Positions 1 through 9,401 of a DNA stretch of 64,000 nucleotides are shown piece after piece. The translations under genes were made by a program, and so were the position numbers. Each line of letters opens with the position of its first letter. Position 1 is the first letter of the stretch. A model generated the notes under the pieces. It had not been told where the DNA came from, did not search any database, and saw only the letters and a list, made by a program, of their open reading frames with translations. The stretch is from an uncultured Candidatus Saccharibacteria bacterium (lineage in GTDB: Bacteria > Patescibacteriota > Saccharimonadia > Saccharimonadales > JACDBH01): positions 768,908-832,907 of the forward strand of contig OZ246417.1 of assembly GCA_965231105.1 (NCBI GenBank), in the 5' to 3' direction.

Positions 1-302
1 AGGCGAGGAAGAAGATTAAAGGACTGAAAAACGAAGCCTATATGATCTCGACGGGCTTTTGCTAGGCGGTTAGGACGAAGCCGTGAAACAATGCGGTTAC
101 TGAGGGTATACGTACCATGAGTGGGGCGGTCAAGAAGGCCAATAATATTAAGCAATGAGGATTTGCCAGAGCCCGAGGGGCCCATAATGGCAACAAATTC
201 ACCCTTTTCAATAGTGAGACTTACTTCATCGAGCGCGACAGTTGTAGCATTACCAAAGCCGTAAATCTTAGAGACATCTTTTAGTTCAATTACAGCTGCC
301 AT
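1..302 (-). CDS. ABC transporter ATP-binding protein (N-terminal part; gene runs off the left edge)
   Basis: Not in the ORF track because it is truncated. My reverse-strand translation from the ATG at 300-302 gives MAAVIELKDVSKIYGFGNATTVALDEVSLTIEKGEFVAIMGPSGSGKSSLLNIIGLLDRPT..., with Walker A GPSGSGKS and a LolD/MacB/FtsE-type N-terminus. Confidence 0.85.
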   Translation of the reverse strand, partial: MAAVIELKDVSKIYGFGNATTVALDEVSLTIEKGEFVAIMGPSGSGKSSLLNIIGLLDRPTHGTYTLSNRIVSRLRPNRLAKARRDHIGFVFQSFNLLPR

Positions 303-384
303 AGTTGTTTTACTATACGAAGTTTGCTCATCTATTCGCAAGGTGTAATTGTAGTATTTTTTAGATATAATGAACCCTGATTAC

Positions 385-474
385 GGAGAGGTCGCATAGT
401 GGCCTAGTGCGCCGCCTTGGAAAGGCGGTATGGGGGCAACTCCATCGAGGGTTCAAATCCCTCCCTCTCCGCCA
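385..474 (+). tRNA. tRNA-Ser (anticodon GGA), 3' CCA encoded
   Basis: Cloverleaf read by eye. Acceptor GGAGAGG/CCTCTCC, anticodon stem CCGCC/GGCGG with loop TTGGAAA (GGA), long variable arm (class II tRNA), T arm GAGGG-TTCAAAT-CCCTC, discriminator G plus CCA. Confidence 0.9.
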
Positions 475-491
475 AGTGAAAGAGGGATGTT

Positions 492-1073
492 ATGAACGAT
501 CAGCAGATGGTATGGACAAAAATCAGCGAAAAACCATTTAAGGGCGCTTATAAAACTTATTTAACTCGTACGTTCAAACTGCCCGACGGCACCGAAGCCG
601 ACTTTGATGTGACCTATAATAAAAGTGGTAAGTTTAGCGGTTGTCTGGCGCTAACAAAAGATAAAAAGGTTATTGTATGTAAAGAATTTCGGGCGGGACC
701 AGAGATTGTTACGTATGATCCGCCAATGGGTTTAGTTGACCCAGGTGAAGCAGAAAATGACGCGGTAAAACGTGAGCTTCGGGAAGAGACAGGCTATGAA
801 GCAGGCGAATGGGTAGCTCTGACTCCCCAGGGGTACGCGCATAATCCGTATGCCGGGTCTATAGGCTACGCTTATTTGGCGCTAGATTGCGAAAAGAAGC
901 ACGAACAAGAACTTGGTGATCATGAGATTATTGAGGTGGTTACCATGTCTCTTAAAGATTTCATGAATCAAATGCTTCGTAAAGGTAGGGTATGCCATCC
1001 TGAAATTGCCTGGCTAGCAATTGACTATTTGCTGCAGCACCAAATGATTACGCTCGAAGACATTGCCGCCTAA
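492..1073 (+). CDS. NUDIX hydrolase (ADP-ribose pyrophosphatase-like)
   Basis: Nudix box GLVDPGEAENDAVKRELREETGY (Gx5Ex7REUxEExGU). Confidence 0.85.
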   Translation: MNDQQMVWTKISEKPFKGAYKTYLTRTFKLPDGTEADFDVTYNKSGKFSGCLALTKDKKVIVCKEFRAGPEIVTYDPPMGLVDPGEAENDAVKRELREETGYEAGEWVALTPQGYAHNPYAGSIGYAYLALDCEKKHEQELGDHEIIEVVTMSLKDFMNQMLRKGRVCHPEIAWLAIDYLLQHQMITLEDIAA

Positions 1074-1606
1074 ACGCTAATAAAAAATCGCCAGTGCTTC
1101 TCGGTGGCTTTCGTTATGCCGATGCGCGGACTGCTTTGAACTTTAAACTTTGTTTTTGTCGGGGGAATAAGCTCCAGGCTTGTTGCTGTGATGAACTGGC
1201 TACTATAGGTTGGAGGAATAGCGAGGGCCTGAACAAGTGATCCAGGTCCGTTTGTAAGCCTACGTTCATCCTTAGTTTTGCGGTACGTCTTCATTAAATC
1301 TATGCCTCTTGTAGGTTTGAGCGCACGAATAAGTATGGCTTCTCCATGATCTTTTGGACCAGTAACAATATTTATGCACCAATGCATACCGTAGATAAAA
1401 TACATGTAAATATGTCCGGCTTCTTCGAACATGGGAGCTGTTCGTTTAGTACGGCCCCGAAAGCTATGAGATGCCTCATCTTCTTCGGCGTAGGCTTCAG
1501 TCTCAATAATTATGCCACCAATATCTCCTGCCGGGGTATGGTGTATAAGTTCCCAGCCTAGCAAGTTTTGTGCTCCGCTTAAGGAGTTAGATAAATCAGG
1601 CAGCAT
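1070..1606 (-). CDS. mpg: DNA-3-methyladenine glycosylase (Mpg/AAG family)
   Basis: GIIIETEAY...DEASHSFRGRTKRTAPMF...GHIYMYFIYGMHWCINIV is the typical Mpg family core. Confidence 0.85.
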   Translation of the reverse strand: MLPDLSNSLSGAQNLLGWELIHHTPAGDIGGIIIETEAYAEEDEASHSFRGRTKRTAPMFEEAGHIYMYFIYGMHWCINIVTGPKDHGEAILIRALKPTRGIDLMKTYRKTKDERRLTNGPGSLVQALAIPPTYSSQFITATSLELIPPTKTKFKVQSSPRIGITKATEKHWRFFISV

Positions 1607-1666
1607 ACTTTTATCTTGTCATGGATAGGCGTACAGTGAAAGGTAGGGCAATGCAGAGGAGGCATT

Positions 1667-2236
1667 ATGGAACAACAACTTTTCCATACCGCCATCGCCA
1701 TGGTTGGCAGTGTGGTCGCGCAGGTCAAGTCAGAGGATATGCAAAAACCAACACCGTGCACCGAATGGAATGTGCATGATCTTTTAAATCATATTATTAA
1801 TGAGATTGCATGGGTAAAACCACTGCTTGAAGGTAAAACTATAAAAGAAGTGGGAAATTTATTAGAAGGCGACTTGGTAGGCAGGGATCTGAATACTGCC
1901 TGGCAAATGTATACGGGCCAGGCTATAGAGGCGGCTACCATTACCGCAAGCGATGCGGTTGTTCATGTGTCTTCGGGGGATAAAACGGTAAAAGATTACT
2001 TAAATGAAGTAGCGGGTGATATTATCGTGCATGGCTGGGATCTCGCACGGGCCATTAATGCGTCATATAAGATTGACGATGATACAGTAGTAGCAGTATT
2101 GGATGCTACAAAAGACATGCTGCCAGCTGCAAGAAAAGCAGGAGAGGTTAAGGAGATGGTTGCGGTCTCTGAAGATGCCGGTGCAGAAGAAAGGTTATTA
2201 GCTGCATTTGGTCGTTCGATTATGTGGAAACCATGA
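1667..2236 (+). CDS. TIGR03086-like DinB/MDMPI-superfamily metal-binding protein
   Basis: PTPCTEWNVHDLLNHI near the N-terminus, HGWDLARA in the middle and LLAAFGR at the C-terminus match the actinobacterial TIGR03086 / mycothiol-maleylpyruvate-isomerase N-domain pattern. GGAGG SD sits upstream. Confidence 0.6.
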   Translation: MEQQLFHTAIAMVGSVVAQVKSEDMQKPTPCTEWNVHDLLNHIINEIAWVKPLLEGKTIKEVGNLLEGDLVGRDLNTAWQMYTGQAIEAATITASDAVVHVSSGDKTVKDYLNEVAGDIIVHGWDLARAINASYKIDDDTVVAVLDATKDMLPAARKAGEVKEMVAVSEDAGAEERLLAAFGRSIMWKP

Positions 2237-2961
2237 AGCAAATTCTCACAGTACAAGACATTCAGTCACTTGGTACGATATTGGGCATCTGGGCGCATCC
2301 CGATGACGAGACATACACCATGGCTGGTATTATGGCGGCAGCTATACAAAATGGTCAAAGCGTTATCTGTATAACTGCAACTCGTGGAGAGGCAGGGGTG
2401 CAAGACGAAGCACGCTGGCCTGCCGTGCGATTGGGAGAAATTCGAACTGAAGAACTTAAAAATGCGCTAAAAGAGCTCGGCGTAACCAATCACCACTGGC
2501 TTGATTACCCTGATGGCGGTTGCAAGTTGGTTGATGAAGATGAAGCTACCGAGCGAATCGCGGAGCTTATTAAGAAGTATCAACCTGATAGTATTATGAC
2601 CTTTGGTCCTGATGGCATGACTGGACATGAAGATCATAAGACTGTTTCAGGATGGGCTACTTTGGCAGCCGAAAAGGCGAGTAGCAAAGCTAAGGTGTAT
2701 CACTCTATTCAAACCAAGGAACAATATGAGGCAATGCTCGCAGCAGATCAGCAGTTTAATATCTACTTTAATACGCAAAATCCCGCCACCTGTGCGCGTG
2801 ATGAATGCGCAATATATTTTGAGCTTGATGACGCTCTGTATGAACGCAAACAAGCAGCCTTTTATGCCATGCCGTCACAAACTGAAGCAATGTTTAAAGT
2901 GTTTGGAGGCAGTCTACGGCTAGGCGTAGGTACAGAGGCATTTAGAGAGGCTAAGCTCTAG
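2233..2961 (+). CDS. PIG-L/LmbE family N-acetylglucosaminyl deacetylase
   Basis: ILGIWAHPDDET motif plus a later HxDH-type segment (GHEDHKTV). I prefer the ATG at 2233, which forms an ATGA overlap with the upstream stop, over the GTG at 2224. Confidence 0.8.
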   Translation: MKQILTVQDIQSLGTILGIWAHPDDETYTMAGIMAAAIQNGQSVICITATRGEAGVQDEARWPAVRLGEIRTEELKNALKELGVTNHHWLDYPDGGCKLVDEDEATERIAELIKKYQPDSIMTFGPDGMTGHEDHKTVSGWATLAAEKASSKAKVYHSIQTKEQYEAMLAADQQFNIYFNTQNPATCARDECAIYFELDDALYERKQAAFYAMPSQTEAMFKVFGGSLRLGVGTEAFREAKL

Positions 2962-3671
2962 TGCTCAGCAATTTAAAAAGAGATTTACGTGCTGCGGCTA
3001 ATCCTGAAAAGGCCGCTTTTTTTCCGCGTTTCTTTAAAGCCGGACCAGGCGAGTATGCAGAAGGAGATAAATTCTTAGGTGTAACTGTGCCGATGCAACG
3101 GCTTATAGCTAAGAAATATAAAGACCTCCGGCTAGATGATGTTGAAAAGCTCATTATGAGCCCCTGGCACGAAGAAAGATTAACAGGATTGTTCATACTG
3201 GTTGCCGCATACAAACGAGGTGAACCTGCGAATAAAAAAGAGATCTATGATTTCTATCTTACCCATACGACTCATATCAATAACTGGGATCTGGTTGATA
3301 GCAGTGCCGAGTTTATCGTTGGGCCATATCTTAATGATCGGCCCGATAAAATGAAGGTCTTAATAGGATTGGCTCGGTCTTCAAGTTTATGGGAGCGTCG
3401 AATTGCTATGCTCAGTACTTTTAACTACATCAAGCAGGGAAGGCCGGACGAAGCATTGATCATTGCTGAGGCGCTTTTGCAAGATAAGCACGATCTTATC
3501 CAAAAAGCCGTAGGATGGATGTTACGCGAAGTTGGAAAGCGGTGTGACAGAGAATTGCTAATAGACTTTCTTGCACGTCACTACAAGTCTATGCCACGTA
3601 CGACGCTTCGCTATGCAATTGAACATTTTGATGCACCAAAGCGATTGAGCTACCTGAAAGGCGAGATCTAA
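2961..3671 (+). CDS. DNA alkylation repair protein (AlkD/AlkC-like HEAT-repeat glycosylase family)
   Basis: LRAAANPEKAAFFPRFFK...FLGVTVPMQR...NNWDLVD...WERRIAM...KAVGWMLRE matches the DNA alkylation repair enzyme family. GTG start overlaps the upstream TAG by 1 nt. Confidence 0.75.
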   Translation: MLSNLKRDLRAAANPEKAAFFPRFFKAGPGEYAEGDKFLGVTVPMQRLIAKKYKDLRLDDVEKLIMSPWHEERLTGLFILVAAYKRGEPANKKEIYDFYLTHTTHINNWDLVDSSAEFIVGPYLNDRPDKMKVLIGLARSSSLWERRIAMLSTFNYIKQGRPDEALIIAEALLQDKHDLIQKAVGWMLREVGKRCDRELLIDFLARHYKSMPRTTLRYAIEHFDAPKRLSYLKGEI

Positions 3672-3675
3672 AGTC

Positions 3676-4230
3676 TTACAACGCTGCTTTAAGTTCAGCG
3701 ATCATAGGGGCAAATGCATCGCTTTTGGTGTCATCATTCCACTCGCCAAACTCGTTGAATGCGGCGTAAACATGAGGAATATGTACGGCATCGTGCAGTG
3801 GAATGGCACGCAGCTCAATAATTACTTGGCGCAATTGCTCAACGGCGCGAATACCACCTGAAATAGCTCCGTAGCTTACAAAGGCAATAGGTTTACCGCC
3901 CCATTGCTTACTACCGACCCAATCGATGGCATTTTTCATAATAGCCGTGTAGCCGTGGTTATATTCAGGGGTAACAAAAACATAGCCGTCGTACTCACCA
4001 ACTTTATCAGCCCAGGCTTGGCCCTTAGGGTTTTTATAACTACCGCCAGTGTTGTTAATAGTGTTTGGTGACATTGGCTCGTTAAAGAAAGGGAGCTCTA
4101 GATCAACTGGATCCACTACATCCCACTGAATCTCGGTATGCTTATCAAACTCTTTTTGTAGTTGCTTTAGAACGTTATCGGCAGCCCTGCCTTCGCGGGC
4201 ACTACCTAATAGAACCATAACTTTTGGCAT
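3676..4230 (-). CDS. NAD(P)H-dependent FMN reductase
   Basis: MPKVMVLLGSAREGR...VFVTPEYNHGY matches the flavodoxin-like FMN reductase family. The ORF-track start at 4356 adds 42 implausible residues that overlap the arsR-like gene, so the ATG at 4230 is preferred. Confidence 0.8.
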   Translation of the reverse strand: MPKVMVLLGSAREGRAADNVLKQLQKEFDKHTEIQWDVVDPVDLELPFFNEPMSPNTINNTGGSYKNPKGQAWADKVGEYDGYVFVTPEYNHGYTAIMKNAIDWVGSKQWGGKPIAFVSYGAISGGIRAVEQLRQVIIELRAIPLHDAVHIPHVYAAFNEFGEWNDDTKSDAFAPMIAELKAAL

Positions 4231-4255
4231 TATTTTCCCCTTATTTAAATTAAGT

Positions 4256-4534
4256 CTAAAGTTTGGCGGGATTGATCCCGAGAGTAGAGAACAGGTCGTG
4301 ATTAAGTTCGTAAATCTTTTCGGTGCCTTCTTTTCTCTCAAGCAATACACCGGCATCCACCAGTTTCTTAAAGTGGTGACTCATAGCAGGCTGAGAAAGG
4401 GAAGAGTGGCTACTTACCTCACTGCAGCTGGCACAATCTTGCGGCTTAGTAGCGACAGTGCGCACAATATCCAGCCGAGTCTTATCTGCCAGTGCCTTAA
4501 AGACAGTTACGAACGTATCATCATGCATGAACAT
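4256..4534 (-). CDS. ArsR/SmtB family transcriptional regulator
   Basis: FKALADKTRLDIV...LSQPAMSHHFKKLVDAGVL is a winged-HTH of the ArsR family. Confidence 0.8.
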   Translation of the reverse strand: MFMHDDTFVTVFKALADKTRLDIVRTVATKPQDCASCSEVSSHSSLSQPAMSHHFKKLVDAGVLLERKEGTEKIYELNHDLFSTLGINPAKL

Positions 4535-4551
4535 AGTATAATATAATCCAA

Positions 4552-4575
4552 ATATTTAAATATGTAAATATATTT
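4552..4575. promoter_or_regulatory. AT-rich palindromes in the arsR / DUF1361 divergent region (candidate ArsR operator)
   Basis: ATATTTAAATAT (4552-4563) is a perfect 12-bp palindrome and AAATATATTT (4566-4575) a perfect 10-bp palindrome, lying 18-41 nt upstream of the arsR-like start. Confidence 0.35.
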
Positions 4576-4603
4576 ATATATAAACATGATTTCTACCCCT
4601 GTT

Positions 4604-4612
4604 TGCTATAAT
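4604..4612 (+). promoter_or_regulatory. Extended -10 promoter element (TGcTATAAT) 7 nt upstream of the ATG at 4620
   Basis: TGCTATAAT is followed by aaaattt and then ATG, with no SD. This spacing fits a leaderless transcript. Confidence 0.45.
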
Positions 4613-4619
4613 AAAATTT

Positions 4620-5303
4620 ATGGCTCGTAGACAATTACGTGCACTGAAGCAATGGGAGATTATCTGGCCCTTACTCATCAGCAGTGGCGTGAGTGTCTTT
4701 CTGTTTGTTTGCCGAGCTATAGGCGGCGGAACAGATCGATACTGGTTTTTGCTATGGAATCTTTTTCTTGCATGGCTTCCAGTTGTTATAGCGCACTACC
4801 TTTACGATTGGCTTAAAACGGGACGCTGGTTATCCTGGCAAGGTATAGCCTTAAGTCTTTTATGGCTTGGTTTTTTGCCAAACAGTTTTTATTTAGTGAG
4901 CGATTTTGTGCATCTCCGAGTAACAGGAGAGGTAAGTCTGCTGTTTGACTCGGTCATGTTCTTTAGTTTTGCATGGAATGGGCTTCTTCTTGGCTTCTTA
5001 AGTGTTCTATTGGTGCATGCCGAGTTTGCAAAGCGCTTCAGGGACAGAACCGTACTTATAATAGTGGGTGCAATATTCTTACTATGTAGCTTTGCGATTT
5101 ACTTAGGACGCAATCTGCAGTGGAATACATGGGATATCCTATTCGATCCTGCAGGCATTTTGTTTGATCTGTCCGATCGAATAGTGAGCCCTGCCTCATA
5201 CCCTAATACCTTTACTACTACCTCTATCTTTTTTGTTTTATTAACCTCGCTCTACCTGACGGTTTTCCGTTTAATTCAAGCCGTGCGTCGCTATAAGGTC
5301 TAG
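4620..5303 (+). CDS. DUF1361-like integral membrane protein
   Basis: Multi-pass hydrophobic protein with the WNLFLAWLP motif typical of DUF1361. Confidence 0.6.
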   Translation: MARRQLRALKQWEIIWPLLISSGVSVFLFVCRAIGGGTDRYWFLLWNLFLAWLPVVIAHYLYDWLKTGRWLSWQGIALSLLWLGFLPNSFYLVSDFVHLRVTGEVSLLFDSVMFFSFAWNGLLLGFLSVLLVHAEFAKRFRDRTVLIIVGAIFLLCSFAIYLGRNLQWNTWDILFDPAGILFDLSDRIVSPASYPNTFTTTSIFFVLLTSLYLTVFRLIQAVRRYKV

Positions 5304-5330
5304 GCACACCTCTGATATACTGACGATAAC

Positions 5331-6992
5331 ATGAAAGAATTACAGGAGCGGATCGGAGCAATCATAAAAGATGTGTACAACGAAGATGTTGTAGCGGTGC
5401 TGACGCGTCCTGATGAACAATTTGGTGACTATGCGACGAATGTAGCTATGCAATTGGCGGGCAGATTACAAAAAAATCCCCGTGAGATCGCTGAAACGAT
5501 AGCCAGTAGATTACAGGGTGAAATGATAGCAAAAGCAGAGGTTGCAGGCCCTGGATTTATTAACCTTACCTTGCAAGATGACGTATTGGTTACTCAGCTA
5601 ACCACAGCATCAAGCAAACCACTAGCGGGCAATGTGGTGGTAGCCGAGTATTCAGATCCTAATCCCTTTAAAGTGCTCCATGCGGGGCATTTGTATACCA
5701 GCGTTGTGGGGGATGCTATTGCAAACTTGCTCGAACAGGCAGGCGCAGAAGTACATCGGGTTAATTTTGGTGGTGATGTAGGACTGCATGTCGGGAAGAC
5801 GATGTGGGCAATCTTGGAGGAACTTGGTGGCGAAAATCCGGAAAAGCTTGAGGGAATTCCAGAAAATGAGCGGTCGGAATGGATGGCAGCCGCTTACATA
5901 AGAGGGACGAATGCATACGAAGAAGATGAGGCTGCTAAACAAGAAATAATTGCATTAAACAAACGGGTGTATGCACTGCATACCGAGAATGATCACGATT
6001 CAGCACTCGCTCGTATTTACTGGACAACCAGACAGTGGAGTTATGACTACTTTGATGCCTTCTATGCCCGCATAGGTACTGAGTTCGAAAAGTATTATCC
6101 AGAAAGTGCGGTTGCGGGGCTTGGTTTACAGACGGTACAAGAGCAGCTGGAAAAGGGTGTATTTCAACAGTCTAACGGTGCGGTGGTATTTGTGGGTGAA
6201 GATCACGGCTTGCACACCCGGGTCTTTATTAACTCAGAAGGCATTCCTACGTACGAAGCCAAAGATGTAGGTCTCATTATGACCAAATGGCAGGACTATC
6301 ATTTTGATAAGTCCGTTGTTATTACGGGCAATGAGCAACAACAGTATATGGAAGTGGTATTAAAGGCGGTTGAACAGTTTGCCCCTGAGTTAGTCGAAGC
6401 CACTGCTCACCTTACGCATGGCATTGTGAAGTTACAGGGTGGGGTAAAGATGAGCTCACGTAAAGGTAATATCCTGCGTGCGGTAGATGTGCTTAATGCT
6501 GCGGCTGAAGCTAATAAAGCAGCTACTGGTAAGGATGACGAAGTGGTGGTGCTTGGGGCTGTGAAGTATGCCTTTCTAAAGCAGCGGACGGGCGGTGATA
6601 TTATTTATGATCCGAAAGAATCAGTTTCCATCGAAGGTAATAGTGGGCCTTACCTTCAGTACGCACATGCACGTGCTCGAAGCATTCTACGTAAGGCGGA
6701 TTTCAAAGAACTCGTGCGTGAGACAGAGTCGTTTGAGGCAGGAGAGCGCGCCTTGGCAAGGAAATTAAGTGAGTATCAAGAAGTGGTGGAGCGGGCTACC
6801 GAAGAGCTCATGCCGCACCATATAGCCACATACTTGTATGAGCTTGCCCAAACATTTAATCGTTTTTATGAGAATAACAGGGTTATTGATGATCCTCGTC
6901 AGGCACTCAGGCTCAATCTTGTTGCTATCTATGCTGATATTCTAAAACGCGGGCTGAAGTTGCTGGGCATTACTGCGCCCGAACAAATGTAG
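5331..6992 (+). CDS. argS: Arginine--tRNA ligase
   Basis: Class I HIGH motif (HAGHLY), SSRKGN (KMSKS-equivalent), and a DALR-type anticodon-binding C-terminus ending in M. Confidence 0.95.
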   Translation: MKELQERIGAIIKDVYNEDVVAVLTRPDEQFGDYATNVAMQLAGRLQKNPREIAETIASRLQGEMIAKAEVAGPGFINLTLQDDVLVTQLTTASSKPLAGNVVVAEYSDPNPFKVLHAGHLYTSVVGDAIANLLEQAGAEVHRVNFGGDVGLHVGKTMWAILEELGGENPEKLEGIPENERSEWMAAAYIRGTNAYEEDEAAKQEIIALNKRVYALHTENDHDSALARIYWTTRQWSYDYFDAFYARIGTEFEKYYPESAVAGLGLQTVQEQLEKGVFQQSNGAVVFVGEDHGLHTRVFINSEGIPTYEAKDVGLIMTKWQDYHFDKSVVITGNEQQQYMEVVLKAVEQFAPELVEATAHLTHGIVKLQGGVKMSSRKGNILRAVDVLNAAAEANKAATGKDDEVVVLGAVKYAFLKQRTGGDIIYDPKESVSIEGNSGPYLQYAHARARSILRKADFKELVRETESFEAGERALARKLSEYQEVVERATEELMPHHIATYLYELAQTFNRFYENNRVIDDPRQALRLNLVAIYADILKRGLKLLGITAPEQM

Positions 6993-7047
6993 TTCTCTTA
7001 TCGCGAGATTTTGCTATGCTGAAGTAATAAAGGGAGTTTTACATACT

Positions 7048-7470
7048 ATGACTGCAAAAAAGGCCCCAACAACGCGAGAAATAGCGAATGATCTCGTAGA
7101 AAAGGCAAAAGAGGACGTACTTGAGCAAGAAAAGAAGCGGATTGCTAATCAGGCAAAGGGTTTTATGGATTTTGTCCGTACACAAGGAGTGGTCGGGCTC
7201 GCAGTTGGTTTAGCAATCGGTACTCAGGCGTCGGAACTAGTCAAATCAATTGTTGGTGCGCTGATTACGCCCTTTGTAGATTTACTTGTGGGTAAAGAAG
7301 GTCTCAAGGGGCTCTCCTATACGCTCACTGTAGGTGACCGTTCAGGCACTTTTGCAGTTGGCTTGCTCATAGATTCACTGATTCGTTTCTTAGCAATCGC
7401 GTTTGTTATCTATTTTGTTGTGAAGGGTTTAAAACTCGATCGACTTGATAAGAAAAAAGAAGAAAAATAA
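7048..7470 (+). CDS. mscL: Large-conductance mechanosensitive channel
   Basis: GFMDFVRTQGVVGLAVGLAIG...ITPFV is the MscL TM1 signature. Size is 140 aa. Confidence 0.85.
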   Translation: MTAKKAPTTREIANDLVEKAKEDVLEQEKKRIANQAKGFMDFVRTQGVVGLAVGLAIGTQASELVKSIVGALITPFVDLLVGKEGLKGLSYTLTVGDRSGTFAVGLLIDSLIRFLAIAFVIYFVVKGLKLDRLDKKKEEK

Positions 7471-7503
7471 GCGTATACTTAGGGCTATAACAAAGGGGGA
7501 TCT

Positions 7504-7791
7504 ATGTATATCATCAAAGTCCTGAAGCGCCGAGACGCGTCTTCAGTAATAGTTGCTGTGTTTATTGCATTCGCACTCACTACCTGGCTACCATCTTTGC
7601 TGGGTAGATTGTCTGGCTGGATATCGGGTATTTCAGATGGACAATATTACTCCTACAGCATGCCAGGAGCAGATTGGCAGACGACATATTTACAGCCAAC
7701 AGTATTCTTCTTGTTGCAGCTTTTAGCACTCGAAGTTTTGCTTCGCTTGGTTGTGTGGATCCATCCAATCTTTGTAAGAAAATCGAAGTAA
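7504..7791 (+). CDS. Hypothetical small membrane protein
   Basis: ORF with two hydrophobic segments and a GGGGA SD-like upstream sequence. No recognisable motif. Confidence 0.4.
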   Translation: MYIIKVLKRRDASSVIVAVFIAFALTTWLPSLLGRLSGWISGISDGQYYSYSMPGADWQTTYLQPTVFFLLQLLALEVLLRLVVWIHPIFVRKSK

Positions 7792-7822
7792 TTTTAGCGT
7801 AACCGCAGCGTATAATGGGGCT

Positions 7823-8221
7823 ATGGACATGCCTCAAACAGATGATGAGTGGAAGAAAAAGTTAACTCCTGAACAGTATGCTGTCTTGCGCGAAAAAGGT
7901 ACAGAAACGCCCTTCACCGGCAAGCTTCTCCATAATGATAAGGGTGGGGACTATACATGTGCCGCGTGCGGAACAAAGTTATTTGATAGTGATACGAAGT
8001 TCGATAGCGGAACTGGCTGGCCAAGTTTTTATGATCCTGCCAACACAAAGGCAGTACAGCTTATAGAAGATACATCACACGGTATGCACCGTGTTGAGGT
8101 CCAGTGTGCAGTGTGCGGTGGCCACCTCGGCCACGTCTTTAATGATGCCCCGGATCAGCCAACAGGTATGCGGTTCTGTATTAATTCATGTGCGCTCGAT
8201 TTTAAGCCAAAGGATTCATAG
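7823..8221 (+). CDS. msrB: Peptide-methionine (R)-S-oxide reductase
   Basis: [20 protein letters not shown], two CxxC pairs, GWPSF and the RxCxN-type active-site segment MRFCINS. Confidence 0.9.
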   Translation: MDMPQTDDEWKKKLTPEQYAVLREKGTETPFTGKLLHNDKGGDYTCAACGTKLFDSDTKFDSGTGWPSFYDPANTKAVQLIEDTSHGMHRVEVQCAVCGGHLGHVFNDAPDQPTGMRFCINSCALDFKPKDS

Positions 8222-8255
8222 ATAAGGGAAATAACCTAAACCAAAAGGAGGGGCC

Positions 8256-8648
8256 ATGACCATAGCAACAGACGAGAAGGAATTATCAGTGATCCTTCAT
8301 GGTCGAGAGCAGCTGTGGGCGGTTCGTGCTAAGGTTCGGGTTCCAAAAGAGACTATTACCGGTATGCGTTTCGAGAAGTCTTTTAAGGATTGGCGAAAGT
8401 GGGAAGTGCGTATGCCTGGTGCGAGTGCACCCAAGCTCCTTATCGCGGGTTCCTTTTGGACAGAGGAGGGTTGGGACTTTATGTATGTACGTAAACCCCG
8501 CGGTTTTTATAAGCCAACAGCAGAGAATGTATTAGTTATAGAAACAGATCAGAATCGATATTGCCGGATAATAGTGAGCTGTGAAGAAGATGAAGCTAAA
8601 AAAATAATTAGCTGGTGGCAAAAGAAGCCAAAAAAAGTTAAAGGTTAA
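8256..8648 (+). CDS. Hypothetical protein (possible bacterial PH-like domain)
   Basis: GGAGGGG SD. The pattern LWAVRAKVRVPKETI...R.PG...P..LIAGSF resembles small actinobacterial PH-like proteins, but the resemblance is weak. Confidence 0.4.
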   Translation: MTIATDEKELSVILHGREQLWAVRAKVRVPKETITGMRFEKSFKDWRKWEVRMPGASAPKLLIAGSFWTEEGWDFMYVRKPRGFYKPTAENVLVIETDQNRYCRIIVSCEEDEAKKIISWWQKKPKKVKG

Positions 8649-9393
8649 AGAATTCTTCGAGAGTTTGAACATTCTGTTTCTTAAGTTCAGCGGCAAGTTC
8701 TGTACCAATGTAGCGAATATGCCACGGCTCAGCACGGTAACCAGTAACCGATTCTTTGCCGGCAACATATCGAACGATAAAGCCGTAGGTGTGCGCATTT
8801 GCAGCTACCCATTTACCTTCGGCGGTATCACCAAAACAATCTTCAATACCGCATCCGCCTCCGCCAATATCAATGGCAAGTCCTGTCTGGTGTTCGCTGT
8901 ATCCGGGCTTTGCGCTTTGCGTATCAGCGACGGCTTGTCCATAGGTAGCCACTTCTTTGTTATAGACACTGACCTGGGTTTGATAGGAACGATAGGCACT
9001 GAGGGGCTGAATAGTGAGGCCGGCAACTTTTGCGGCAGCCACCAGCTCAGCAAACTTATCCGCTGCTTCTTTGCGGAGCTGCTCGCCATTTCCAACTGAT
9101 ACAAGGTCACCTGGAGCGTAGGCAAGGGGATTTAAAGGGTGGGTCTTATTGGCAATAACCCAAATACTGCCAGGATTAGTGGTGGAGAATTTCGTTTTAT
9201 CAAATGCTGGGGGCTGCTGAGTTTGTTGCTGGTTTGAAGGAGTGTTAGTCGTTTGCTGAGGGTTTGTATCTGTTTCGGTGGCTTTTCTGAAGTTCCGTGA
9301 ATGTAATTCACGCCAACCCAAACCAGCAAAAACGATAAGTAAGAGAATACCCAAAAGGGTTAAAAATTTCTTTGGCACAAACTTATTGTACAA
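8638..9393 (-). CDS. M15 family D-alanyl-D-alanine carboxypeptidase (VanY-like), membrane anchored
   Basis: N-terminal TM helix, RSY..Q and SEHQTGLAIDI zinc-peptidase motifs, WHIRY near the C-terminus. Confidence 0.8.
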   Translation of the reverse strand: MYNKFVPKKFLTLLGILLLIVFAGLGWRELHSRNFRKATETDTNPQQTTNTPSNQQQTQQPPAFDKTKFSTTNPGSIWVIANKTHPLNPLAYAPGDLVSVGNGEQLRKEAADKFAELVAAAKVAGLTIQPLSAYRSYQTQVSVYNKEVATYGQAVADTQSAKPGYSEHQTGLAIDIGGGGCGIEDCFGDTAEGKWVAANAHTYGFIVRYVAGKESVTGYRAEPWHIRYIGTELAAELKKQNVQTLEEFFNL

Positions 9394-9401
9394 TATGCGT
9401 G

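Noticed and set aside
385-474. tRNA-Ser as an integration site for a genomic island covering the downstream Nudix and repair genes.
   Set aside because: There is no integrase, no direct repeat of the tRNA 3' end that I could find downstream, and the flanking genes are ordinary housekeeping or repair functions.
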